A DNA stretch of 49,927 nucleotides from Dehalococcoidia bacterium (GTDB lineage: Bacteria > Chloroflexota > Dehalococcoidia > E44-bin15 > DAOWNJ01): positions 1 to 49,927 of the forward strand of contig DAOTXZ010000028.1 in assembly GCA_034435115.1 (NCBI GenBank), in the 5' to 3' direction. Within the stretch, counting starts at the first letter, position 1; each line of letters begins with the position of its first letter. The notes under the pieces were generated by a model that was given only the letters and a program-made list of their open reading frames with translations, did not search any database and had not been told where the DNA came from. Positions 1 to 7,939 of this stretch are shown here, one piece after another. The position numbers and the translations under genes were made by a program.

Positions 1-1
1 C

Positions 2-2020
2 ATCCAGGAGTTGGGAGTAGACATCAGAACCAATACCCCGGTCAAAGACCTCAAGTCCATCTTCGAGCAGGGCTATGGTGCCATCTTCTTAGGCACCGGC
101 GCCCCAGTGAGCCAGAAGATGGGGATTCCCGGCGAGGCCACCCCGGGGGTGATGCATGCCCTCGACTTCCTGAGGCGGGTGAATAGCGGTGAGAAGGTCG
201 CTTTAGGCAATAGGGTAGCGGTGATCGGTGGTGGCAACGCCGCCATCGACTCCTCACGAGTGGCACTGCGCCTGGGCGCCAAGGAGGTATCAATTGTCTA
301 TCGCCGCTCCCGGGCTGAGATGCCAGCCCAGACCACCGAGATACAGGAGGCGGAGCGGGAGGGGGTAAAGATTCACTTCCTGGCAGCACCGACAAGGATT
401 CATGCGAAGGATGGCAAGATAGCCTCTATGGAATGCATCAGGATGGAATTGGGGGCGCCCGATGCCAGCGGTCGCCGTCGCCCTGTCCCCATCAAGGGCT
501 CAGAGTTCACCATGGCGGTGGACAATGTGATCATCGCCGTCGGGCAGGCGGTGGACAAGTCGGAGTTGCCCGAGCAGCTAGAATACACTAGCTGGGGCAC
601 TCTCAAGGTAGACCCCGTCACGCTGGAGACAAACATAGAGGGGGTATTCGCCGGTGGCGATGTCGTTTCTGGACCTGCCGGGGTCATTGAGGCCATCGCC
701 GCGGGCAAGGAGGCAGCCATCTCCATCGATCGCTATCTCAGGGGTCTCGACCCCAAGGAGGGAAGGCCGCAGCCGCTAAAGAGGGTGAGAGAGGTACCAA
801 AGAAGGGCATCGAGCGGAGGGAAAGGGCGGTTATGCCCATGCTCGATGTGAAGAAGCGAGCAGGCGCCTTCACCGAGGTGGAGCTTGGCTTTGACGAGAG
901 AACCGCCATTGCGGAAGCGAAGCGCTGCCTAAACTGCCCTGCCTGCTCAGAGTGCCTTGAGTGCGTCAAACTCTGCGAGGCAAAGGCCATCAATCACGAT
1001 ATGGAGGATGAGACGGTTGAGGTGGAGGTGGGGAACATAATTCTGGCCACTGGCTATCAAACCTTTGATCCCACCTCACTTCGCCAGTATGGCTATGGGC
1101 GGCTTCCCAATGTATTCACTGCCCTGGAGTTTGAGAGGCTAATCAACGCCGCAGGACCGACCAGCGGCGAGGTGATACTAAAGGATGGCTCTCACCCCAA
1201 GGAGGTGGCAATCATCCATTGTGTGGGCAGCCGCGATAAGAACTATCACGAGTACTGCTCGCGGGTGTGCTGTATGTACTCTATGAAGTTTGGCCATCTG
1301 GTGAGGGAGCATGTGCCGGGGGCCCAGGTGTACGAGTTCTACATCGACATGAGGAGCTTTGGCAAGGGCTTTGAGGAGTTCTATAACCGGGTACTCAACG
1401 AGGGCACCCTCTTTATTCGTGGCCGCCCTGCCGAGGTGACCGATGTTGCTGAGACCGACGAGGAGCGGGGCAAGCTCATCGTGGTCTGCGAGGATACCCT
1501 AGCTGGTGTCCAGCGCCGTATTCCAGTGGACATGGTTATCCTCAGCACTGCTCTTGAGCCTCAGGCCGATGCCGAAGAGGTCGCTCGTCTCTTTTCCATC
1601 AGCCGCAGCCCCGATGGCTTCTTCCTAGAGAAGCACCCAAAGCTTGACCCAGTGGCCACCATGACCGACGGTGTCTTCGTGGTCGGCTGCTGCCAGGGGC
1701 CCAAAGACATCCCCGATACCGTGGCCCAGGCCTCGGCAGCGGCAGCACGGGTGATAGCGATGATCACCAAGGGCAGAGTTCAGCTTGAGGCCATCACCGC
1801 AGCGATCGATGAGGAGAAATGCTCCGGGTGCAAGACCTGCGTTCTCCTCTGCCCTTATACTGCAATTACCTTCGACGAGGAGAGAAAGGTCTCCCGGGTC
1901 AACGAGGCCCTGTGCAAAGGGTGTGGCACCTGCGTCGCTGCCTGTCCCAGTGCTGCCATAACTCAAAGACACTTCACCACTGAACAAATCATGGCTGAGA
2001 TAGAAGGAGTGTTAGTATGA
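2..2020 (+). CDS. hdrA: HdrA-family flavoprotein with an N-terminal GltD/NfnB-like NAD(P)-binding module; 5' end lies outside the window
   Basis: The frame is open to the window start. It shows GltD-like Rossmann motifs ([20 protein letters not shown]). It also has the HdrA core ([16 protein letters not shown]) and two C-terminal ferredoxin motifs ([24 protein letters not shown]). The stop overlaps the next start (ATGA). Confidence 0.85.
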   Translation: MQELGVDIRTNTPVKDLKSIFEQGYGAIFLGTGAPVSQKMGIPGEATPGVMHALDFLRRVNSGEKVALGNRVAVIGGGNAAIDSSRVALRLGAKEVSIVYRRSRAEMPAQTTEIQEAEREGVKIHFLAAPTRIHAKDGKIASMECIRMELGAPDASGRRRPVPIKGSEFTMAVDNVIIAVGQAVDKSELPEQLEYTSWGTLKVDPVTLETNIEGVFAGGDVVSGPAGVIEAIAAGKEAAISIDRYLRGLDPKEGRPQPLKRVREVPKKGIERRERAVMPMLDVKKRAGAFTEVELGFDERTAIAEAKRCLNCPACSECLECVKLCEAKAINHDMEDETVEVEVGNIILATGYQTFDPTSLRQYGYGRLPNVFTALEFERLINAAGPTSGEVILKDGSHPKEVAIIHCVGSRDKNYHEYCSRVCCMYSMKFGHLVREHVPGAQVYEFYIDMRSFGKGFEEFYNRVLNEGTLFIRGRPAEVTDVAETDEERGKLIVVCEDTLAGVQRRIPVDMVILSTALEPQADAEEVARLFSISRSPDGFFLEKHPKLDPVATMTDGVFVVGCCQGPKDIPDTVAQASAAAARVIAMITKGRVQLEAITAAIDEEKCSGCKTCVLLCPYTAITFDEERKVSRVNEALCKGCGTCVAACPSAAITQRHFTTEQIMAEIEGVLV

Positions 2021-2469
2021 GTTTTGAGCCAAAGATCGTTGGTTTCTGCTGCAACTGGTGCTCCTACCGGGGGGCAGATATGGCGGGCACAGCCAGGATG
2101 AAGTGTGCCCCCAACGTTAGGATAGTGCGGGTTATGTGTAGCGGAAGGGTGGACCCCGTCTTCGTGCTCAAGGCCTTCAAGGAGGGAGCGGATGGGGTCT
2201 TGATCCTGGGCTGCCACCCCGGCGATTGCCACTACGCCGAGGGAAACTACAAGGCGGCCCGCCGTATCCCGCTGCTGAAGAAGATGCTGGAACAGTTTGG
2301 CATCGAGGGTGATAGGGTGCGTCTGGACTGGGTCTCCGCCTCTGAGGGGGATCGTTTTACCAAGATCATAAATGAAGTGACAGAGAAGATCAAAAAATTA
2401 GGGCCTCTCAGCCAGGATGAAAGGAGAGAGCATGCCAAAGTTGAAACTGGCTCTATACTGGTCCGCTAG
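2017..2469 (+). CDS. mvhD: Methyl-viologen-reducing hydrogenase delta subunit (MvhD/FlpD family)
   Basis: Characteristic [14 protein letters not shown] and [10 protein letters not shown] motifs. It is translationally coupled to hdrA. Confidence 0.9.
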   Translation: MSFEPKIVGFCCNWCSYRGADMAGTARMKCAPNVRIVRVMCSGRVDPVFVLKAFKEGADGVLILGCHPGDCHYAEGNYKAARRIPLLKKMLEQFGIEGDRVRLDWVSASEGDRFTKIINEVTEKIKKLGPLSQDERREHAKVETGSILVR

Positions 2470-3385
2470 CTGCGGCGGCTGCGATGTGGCCGTTCTGGAC
2501 ATCAATGAGAGAATCCTAGATGTGGCCCAGATCGCCGATATCGTTCTCTGGCCAGTAGCGATGGACTTCAAATATCATCACATCGAAGCTCTCGATGACA
2601 ACAGCATTGACGTTTGTCTGTGGAACGGTTCGGTGAGGAACTCGGAGCAGGAGCATGTTGCCAAATTGCTTCGGGCCAAGTCCAAGGTGATGGTGGCTTT
2701 CGGCTCCTGCGCCGTCTCCGGAGGCATCCCTGCGCTGGCAAACTTCATCAACCGTGATCTCGCCTTCGAGCGAGCCTACGTCGAGGCGCCCACCAATGAC
2801 AATCCAAATCGGGTGTTCCCCCAAACCTCGACCCAGGTCAAAGAAGGGACGCTGGAGCTTCCTGAGTTTTGGGATACTGTGCTTGCCCTGGGTCAGGTGG
2901 TGCCGGTGGAGTACTACCTGCCCGGCTGTCCCCCACCGGTCAAGCTCATCAACCAGGTAGTGGATGCCCTGGCCTCAGGAAACTTGCCACCCCCAGGATC
3001 TGTGATTGCTTCGGAGAAGACCCTGTGCGACGAGTGCCCCCGGGTCAAGAAAGAGAAGAACATCAACAAGGTCTACCGGGTGCATGAGATCATCCCCGAC
3101 CCGGAGAAGTGCCTCCTGGAGCAAGGGCTGATCTGCATGGGGCCGGCCACCAGGGGGGGGTGTGGTGCCAGTTGCATCCTGGTCAACATGCCCTGCCGTG
3201 GTTGCTTCGGCCCGCCCGCAGGGGTCTACGACCAGGGGGCTAAGATGCTCAGCGCCCTGGCCTCCATCTACGATGCCAAGAACGAAGGTGAGATCGCCCG
3301 AATGCTGGGGGAGGTTGTCGATCCAGCCGGCACCTTCTACCGCTTCGGAATGTCCACCTCGATGCTGGTAAGAAAGAGGATCTAG
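2432..3385 (+). CDS. mvhG: [NiFe]-hydrogenase small subunit, Mvh/group 3 type
   Basis: N-terminal [20 protein letters not shown] and CRGC Cys motifs. ATG 2432 is preceded by AAGGAGAG. The ORF-track start at 2417 is an alternative. Confidence 0.85.
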   Translation: MPKLKLALYWSASCGGCDVAVLDINERILDVAQIADIVLWPVAMDFKYHHIEALDDNSIDVCLWNGSVRNSEQEHVAKLLRAKSKVMVAFGSCAVSGGIPALANFINRDLAFERAYVEAPTNDNPNRVFPQTSTQVKEGTLELPEFWDTVLALGQVVPVEYYLPGCPPPVKLINQVVDALASGNLPPPGSVIASEKTLCDECPRVKKEKNINKVYRVHEIIPDPEKCLLEQGLICMGPATRGGCGASCILVNMPCRGCFGPPAGVYDQGAKMLSALASIYDAKNEGEIARMLGEVVDPAGTFYRFGMSTSMLVRKRI

Positions 3386-3392
3386 GCGAACC

Positions 3393-4859
3393 ATGAAAAG
3401 GATAACCATCGATCCAATAACAAGACTCGAAGGACATGGGAGGATAGAGATATTCCTGGACGATGAGGGCAATGTGGCCAATTCCTATCTTCAGGTGCCG
3501 GAGTTTCGCGGCTTTGAGAAGTTCTGCGAGGGAAGGCCGGTTGAGGAGCTACCCCGAATCACCCCCAGGATCTGTGGCGTCTGCCCCTCGGCCCACCATA
3601 TGGCCTCGACCAAAGCAGTAGACGCCGTGTTTCACGCCGACCCTCCCCCGGCAGCAAAAAAGCTGAGAGAGCTCTACTACTCGGCCCACATGTGTCACTC
3701 CCATATCGCCCACTTCTATGCACTAGCCGCTCCCGACTTTGTCCTCGGCCCTGATGCTGACCCCGCCCAGAGGAACATACTGGGGGTTATTGCCAAGGTG
3801 GGAATCGGGATCGGGGGCGAGGTGATCAAGCACCGCGCTTATGCCCAGGATATCCAGGCTGTCATCGGCGGCAAGGCAACTCATTCCGTCTGTGGTCTGC
3901 CCGGCGGGATGAGCCGACCGATCACTGAAGAGGAGAGGAAGGACTTTGAGGAGAAGGCCAAGTCCATGGTGGAGTTTGCCAAGTTCTCCCTGAAGCTCTT
4001 TGATGACATTGTCTTAGCCAATAAGGACTATATGAACTTGATCACCGGCGACATCTATACCATGAAGAGCTACTACATGGGCATGGTCGATGCCAAGAAC
4101 AAGGTGAACTTCTATGACGGCAATATCCGGGTGGTTGACCCCGAGGGAAAAGAGATTGCCAAATTTAAGCCTGCCGATTATCTGGATTACATCGGGGAGC
4201 ACACCGAGCCCTGGTCCTATCTCAAGTTCCCATTCCTGAAGAGAGTTGGCTGGAAGGGATTTACTGAGGGCAAGGAGAGCGGGGTATATCGGGTGGCACC
4301 GCTGGCGCGGCTGAATGCTGCCGACGGCATGGCGACCCCCCTAGCTCAGGAGGCCTACGAGAAGATGTATCAGACGCTGGGGGGTAAGCCGGTTCATGCC
4401 ACCCTGGCCTTCCACTGGGCGAGACTAGTTGAGCTCGTGTATGCCGCAGAACGGCTTCTGGAGCTCTCCCAGGACAAGGAGGTCACCGACCCCAACATTC
4501 GCACCATCCCCACTGCAACCCCTGATGAGGGGGTGGGGGTGGTCGAGGCGCCCCGGGGAACTCTATACCACCATTACAAGACCGATGATAAAGGCGTGGT
4601 GGAAAAGGTAAACCTCATTGTGGCCACCGTTCAGAACAATCCGGCGATGAACATGTCTATAAAGAAGGCTGCCCAGAAGCTGATCACCAAGGGCAAGGCA
4701 GCAACCGAGGGACTACTCAACATGGTGGAGATGGCCTTCCGCGCCTATGACCCCTGTCTTGCCTGTGCCACCCATTCCCTGCCCGGCCAGATGCCACTTG
4801 AGGTGATAATCCGCGACCCACAGGGGAACATCCTGGAAAGACTGAGCCGTAAGCTCTAG
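3393..4859 (+). CDS. mvhA: [NiFe]-hydrogenase large subunit, Mvh/group 3 type
   Basis: N-terminal RICGVCPSAHH and C-terminal DPCLACATH metal-site motifs. A C-terminal extension follows the His, consistent with endopeptidase processing. Confidence 0.92.
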   Translation: MKRITIDPITRLEGHGRIEIFLDDEGNVANSYLQVPEFRGFEKFCEGRPVEELPRITPRICGVCPSAHHMASTKAVDAVFHADPPPAAKKLRELYYSAHMCHSHIAHFYALAAPDFVLGPDADPAQRNILGVIAKVGIGIGGEVIKHRAYAQDIQAVIGGKATHSVCGLPGGMSRPITEEERKDFEEKAKSMVEFAKFSLKLFDDIVLANKDYMNLITGDIYTMKSYYMGMVDAKNKVNFYDGNIRVVDPEGKEIAKFKPADYLDYIGEHTEPWSYLKFPFLKRVGWKGFTEGKESGVYRVAPLARLNAADGMATPLAQEAYEKMYQTLGGKPVHATLAFHWARLVELVYAAERLLELSQDKEVTDPNIRTIPTATPDEGVGVVEAPRGTLYHHYKTDDKGVVEKVNLIVATVQNNPAMNMSIKKAAQKLITKGKAATEGLLNMVEMAFRAYDPCLACATHSLPGQMPLEVIIRDPQGNILERLSRKL

Positions 4860-4885
4860 GGCCCAGCTAGCCCGGGGGGCCCAAG

Positions 4886-5374
4886 TTGAAAACACTGGTT
4901 CTGGGACTGGGGAATCCGATTCTTAGCGACGACAGCGTGGGGCTTCGCATTGCTGAGGAGCTTAAAACCCTCTACAATGAGCAGGAAGTGACGGTGATGG
5001 CCACCGACATCGCCGGACTCGGCCTCCTCGACTTCATGCTGGGCTACGACAAGGTGATCATCATTGATTCCATTCAGACCAAAAAGGGCAGGGTTGGACA
5101 GGTCTATCGCCTAGATGCCCAGGACTTTGCCACCACCCGACACGCTGCCTCCCCCCACGATGTGAACCTCGCTACCGCCTTGGAACTGGGAAAGAGGCTT
5201 GGGCTCGCCATACCACAGGAGATAGTCATCTTTGCCATTGAGGCTCAAGATGTGACCACCTTCAGCGAGAGCCTGACCCCTGAGGTGGAACAGGCAATTC
5301 CCAAGGCCGTTCAGATAGTGGCCAGGGAGCTGGACGGCCGAGGGGTGAAGGGGAAAAACGACAAACAGATATAG
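4886..5374 (+). CDS. Hydrogenase maturation endopeptidase (HycI/FrhD/HoxW family)
   Basis: MKTLVLGLGNPILSDDSVG N-terminus and an H..D motif typical of the family. TTG start. It sits directly after the large subunit. Confidence 0.8.
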   Translation: MKTLVLGLGNPILSDDSVGLRIAEELKTLYNEQEVTVMATDIAGLGLLDFMLGYDKVIIIDSIQTKKGRVGQVYRLDAQDFATTRHAASPHDVNLATALELGKRLGLAIPQEIVIFAIEAQDVTTFSESLTPEVEQAIPKAVQIVARELDGRGVKGKNDKQI

Positions 5375-5414
5375 AGACACCAGGTCAGGCAATACAGCCT
5401 AGCCTGGTGTCTCT
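5373..5414. terminator. Bidirectional hairpin between convergent operons
   Basis: AGAGACACCAGG (5373-5384) pairs perfectly with CCTGGTGTCTCT (5403-5414), giving a 12-bp stem. It lies between the plus-strand gene ending at 5374 and the minus-strand gene ending at 5430. Confidence 0.6.
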
Positions 5415-5429
5415 GCGCCCAAACGGGGT

Positions 5430-6437
5430 CTATTGTGCTTTGGCTCGAGCCCGCTCCTCTTTCTTCCGTAAAGCCTCTCGTCTCACAGCAAGCTTAGCCT
5501 GTCTCCTGTCCAGCTCATCCTGCATTCCCTGACCGAACTCACAGATGGCGCACTGGAAGAGTCTGACGCAGAGCCTGTAGGAGACATCTCCGGTCAGGGC
5601 ATAGCGGCAGAGTCTCTGGTTGCCGGCTAACCCCTTGCGCCTCTCCAGCGCCTCGGTGAGCTCGGGTGTCTCCCCGGCTGCCGTCTGTTCTTGCATCATC
5701 TGGTCGAACTCGCAGGTGAGGCAGTCGTAGTTCCTGGTGCAGGCGCGATAGCCGACCACGCCGAGCTTCATCCAGACACAGGGCTTTATCGCCTCCTCAA
5801 CCAAGGCCTCACCCTCAACCTTGGGCTTCGCTGCCTCTTGCCTTGCCCGGTGGAGCAACACTCGAGCCTCGATGTTGCCCGGAGCCACACCCAGAACAGC
5901 CTCAAACTCCCTCACCGCCTCACCAAAGTGCCCCGCTTTTAGCTGCTCTTTGCCCCGCTCGAGATGGGCTGGCACCTCAGTCTCGGTTATGGTGATGACC
6001 TCTTCAACCCCAACCTCAACCCCCTCAGCTACAGTCTCCTCAACAGCAGCCTTCGGTCTTATCTCCACCTGCACCGGACCCAGGGTCTGCCTGATCAATC
6101 TCTCCAGGGCATCAAGGTCGAAGGGCTTGGGCAGATAATCGATGGCCCCGAGTTTCATTGCCTCCACCGCTGTTTCCACCGACGGATAAGCGGTGATGAT
6201 GACCCCCTTGAGCCCTGGCTGTCGCTTCCTCGCCTCCCGCAGCACCTCAAGCCCATCTTTTCCTGGTAACCTGAGGTCGAGAACCGCAATACTGAAGGCC
6301 CGCTCAGCAACCATCTTAAGCGCCTCTTCTCCATCCTCGGCAGTAGCTACCTCATAGCCGCTGTCAACTAGCCAGTCCCTGAGTGACTCACGCATAATTG
6401 CCTCGTCTTCCACTATCAGTAAAGGTCGTTGCCTCAT
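5430..6437 (-). CDS. Response-regulator receiver protein with a TPR-like linker and a duplicated 4-Cys C-terminal module
   Basis: Receiver motifs are present (LLIVEDE, VLDLRLPGKDG, ITAY, KP). The C-terminus has two repeats of C-x12/13-C-x5-C-x2-CEF. ATG 6437 has a GGGGGTG ribosome-binding site. The ORF-track start at 6479 lies upstream of the predicted transcription start. Confidence 0.8.
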   Translation of the reverse strand: MRQRPLLIVEDEAIMRESLRDWLVDSGYEVATAEDGEEALKMVAERAFSIAVLDLRLPGKDGLEVLREARKRQPGLKGVIITAYPSVETAVEAMKLGAIDYLPKPFDLDALERLIRQTLGPVQVEIRPKAAVEETVAEGVEVGVEEVITITETEVPAHLERGKEQLKAGHFGEAVREFEAVLGVAPGNIEARVLLHRARQEAAKPKVEGEALVEEAIKPCVWMKLGVVGYRACTRNYDCLTCEFDQMMQEQTAAGETPELTEALERRKGLAGNQRLCRYALTGDVSYRLCVRLFQCAICEFGQGMQDELDRRQAKLAVRREALRKKEERARAKAQ

Positions 6438-6486
6438 TTTTGTCACCCCCTTCTTTAGTTCTTTTACCGCTTCCGCCATCTATATT

Positions 6487-6502
6487 TGCAATTTTCTTGC
6501 CA
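6487..6502 (-). promoter_or_regulatory. Sigma-54 type -24/-12 promoter
   Basis: The minus strand reads TGGCAA-GAAAA-TTGCA, against the consensus TGGCAC-N5-TTGCW. The GG to GC spacing is correct. It lies about 50 nt upstream of ATG 6437. Confidence 0.6.
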
Positions 6503-6511
6503 AAATAAGAA

Positions 6512-6536
6512 GGTCATCCCAAAGTTTGGGATGACC
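6512..6536 (-). terminator. Hairpin terminator after the sigma-54/kinase/activator operon
   Basis: Perfect palindrome GGTCATCCCAAA-N-TTTGGGATGACC, followed on the minus strand by TTCTTATTTT. It is located 42 nt after the stop of the 6578-7939 gene. Confidence 0.5.
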
Positions 6537-6577
6537 CAGTTGGTCAGCTTGGTTGTCAGACGGTGTAAAACTATCAG

Positions 6578-7939
6578 TCAGTTGGTGTCTATTCTCTTTA
6601 CATCCAGCCCATATTTCTTTATTTTGTTATAGAGTGTCATCCGCGTAATCCCCAAGACCCTGGCAGCCTTGCTATAATTCCGCCTGGTTTCAGCGAGGAC
6701 GCTTAAGATATGGTCCTTTTCCACCTCCTCAAGGCTCTTCCCCGCCGAAGCCTGACGAGGCGAGGGCAGGTTTTGCAGAGATAAATCGGCGGCTGTAATC
6801 GTGCTATTCTTCGCCAGAACCACTGCCCTTTCGATGGCATTTTCCAGCTCCCGAACATTGCCCGGCCACTCATATTTCATGAGAAAGTCCATAGCATCGG
6901 GGGAAAATGTGGTGACCACTTTTTGATTTTCCAACGCAAACTTGTTCAAGAAATGTTGGGCTAAGAGGGGAATATCCTCCACCCTCTCCCTTAGCGGAGG
7001 CAATTGAATAGTAACCACATTCAGTCGGTAATAGAGGTCATCGCGGAATTCGCCTCTCCTCACTGCCTCCTTTAGATCCTTATTGGTGGCTGAGATGAGG
7101 CGCACATCGCTCTTAATTGTCTGAGTGCCACCGACCCTGGTGAACTCTCTCTCCTCGAGCACCCGCAGCAGATGAACCTGAACATTGGCGCTAATCTCCC
7201 CGATTTCATCCAAAAAGAGGGTCCCTTTGTGGGCCAGCTCAAATCTTCCTTTCCTTTGCGCTATGGCACCGGTGAAAGAGCCCTTTTCATGGCCAAATAG
7301 CTCGCTTTCCAGGAGGCTCTCAGGCAGGGCAGCACAGCTTACGGCGACAAACGGTTTATCCCGGCGGGGGCTCAAGTTATGGATGGCCCGAGCTACCAGC
7401 TCCTTACCGGTGCCGCTTTCGCCAGTGATCAGAACTGTAGCGTTGGTAGGAGCCACTGTCGTGACCACCTCGAATATCCGCTGCATTTTATGGCTCTTGG
7501 CAATGATATTCTCAAAGCGATAGCGCTCTTCTAACCGTTGGCGCAGGGCGAGGTTTTCTTCGATCAGCCCCTGATGCTCTACCAACTTCTTGATGAGCAA
7601 TTCCACCCGCTCCGGGCAAAATGGCTTCTCGATATAATCATAGGCCCCCTCTTTCATGGCAGCGATAGCCGTGGGTATGCTCCCATAGGCGGTGATGATG
7701 ATTACCTCAGTGCCGGGAAACATCTCTTTGACCCTCTTCATCAACTCGATGCCATCCATCCCCGGCATCACCAGGTCGGCGATAACGATCCCTATCCTCT
7801 CCTTATTGACAATCTCCATGGCCTGGGAGCCATCCCCAGCGGCAAACACTTGATAGCCGGCATTGTTGAGCCAGTCCACCAACGATTCGCGGACAACGGC
7901 CTCATCATCGACGACAAGGATTTTAGCCTTCCTATTCAC
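6578..7939 (-). CDS. Sigma-54-dependent response regulator (NtrC-family enhancer-binding protein)
   Basis: Receiver domain, AAA+ Walker A GESGTGKE, the GSFTGA loop (a GAFTGA variant), Walker B LFLDEIGE, and a C-terminal Fis-type HTH (AARVLGITRMTLYNKIKKYGL). Confidence 0.92.
   Translation of the reverse strand: MNRKAKILVVDDEAVVRESLVDWLNNAGYQVFAAGDGSQAMEIVNKERIGIVIADLVMPGMDGIELMKRVKEMFPGTEVIIITAYGSIPTAIAAMKEGAYDYIEKPFCPERVELLIKKLVEHQGLIEENLALRQRLEERYRFENIIAKSHKMQRIFEVVTTVAPTNATVLITGESGTGKELVARAIHNLSPRRDKPFVAVSCAALPESLLESELFGHEKGSFTGAIAQRKGRFELAHKGTLFLDEIGEISANVQVHLLRVLEEREFTRVGGTQTIKSDVRLISATNKDLKEAVRRGEFRDDLYYRLNVVTIQLPPLRERVEDIPLLAQHFLNKFALENQKVVTTFSPDAMDFLMKYEWPGNVRELENAIERAVVLAKNSTITAADLSLQNLPSPRQASAGKSLEEVEKDHILSVLAETRRNYSKAARVLGITRMTLYNKIKKYGLDVKRIDTN

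Noticed and set aside
6512-6536. The 25-bp palindrome as an enhancer-binding-protein upstream activating site for the 6487-6502 promoter.
   Set aside because: It lies only ~10 nt upstream of the -24 element, whereas activator sites normally lie ~80-150 nt upstream. It is also followed by a T-rich tract on the transcribed strand. Terminator is therefore the simpler reading, although a dual role cannot be excluded.
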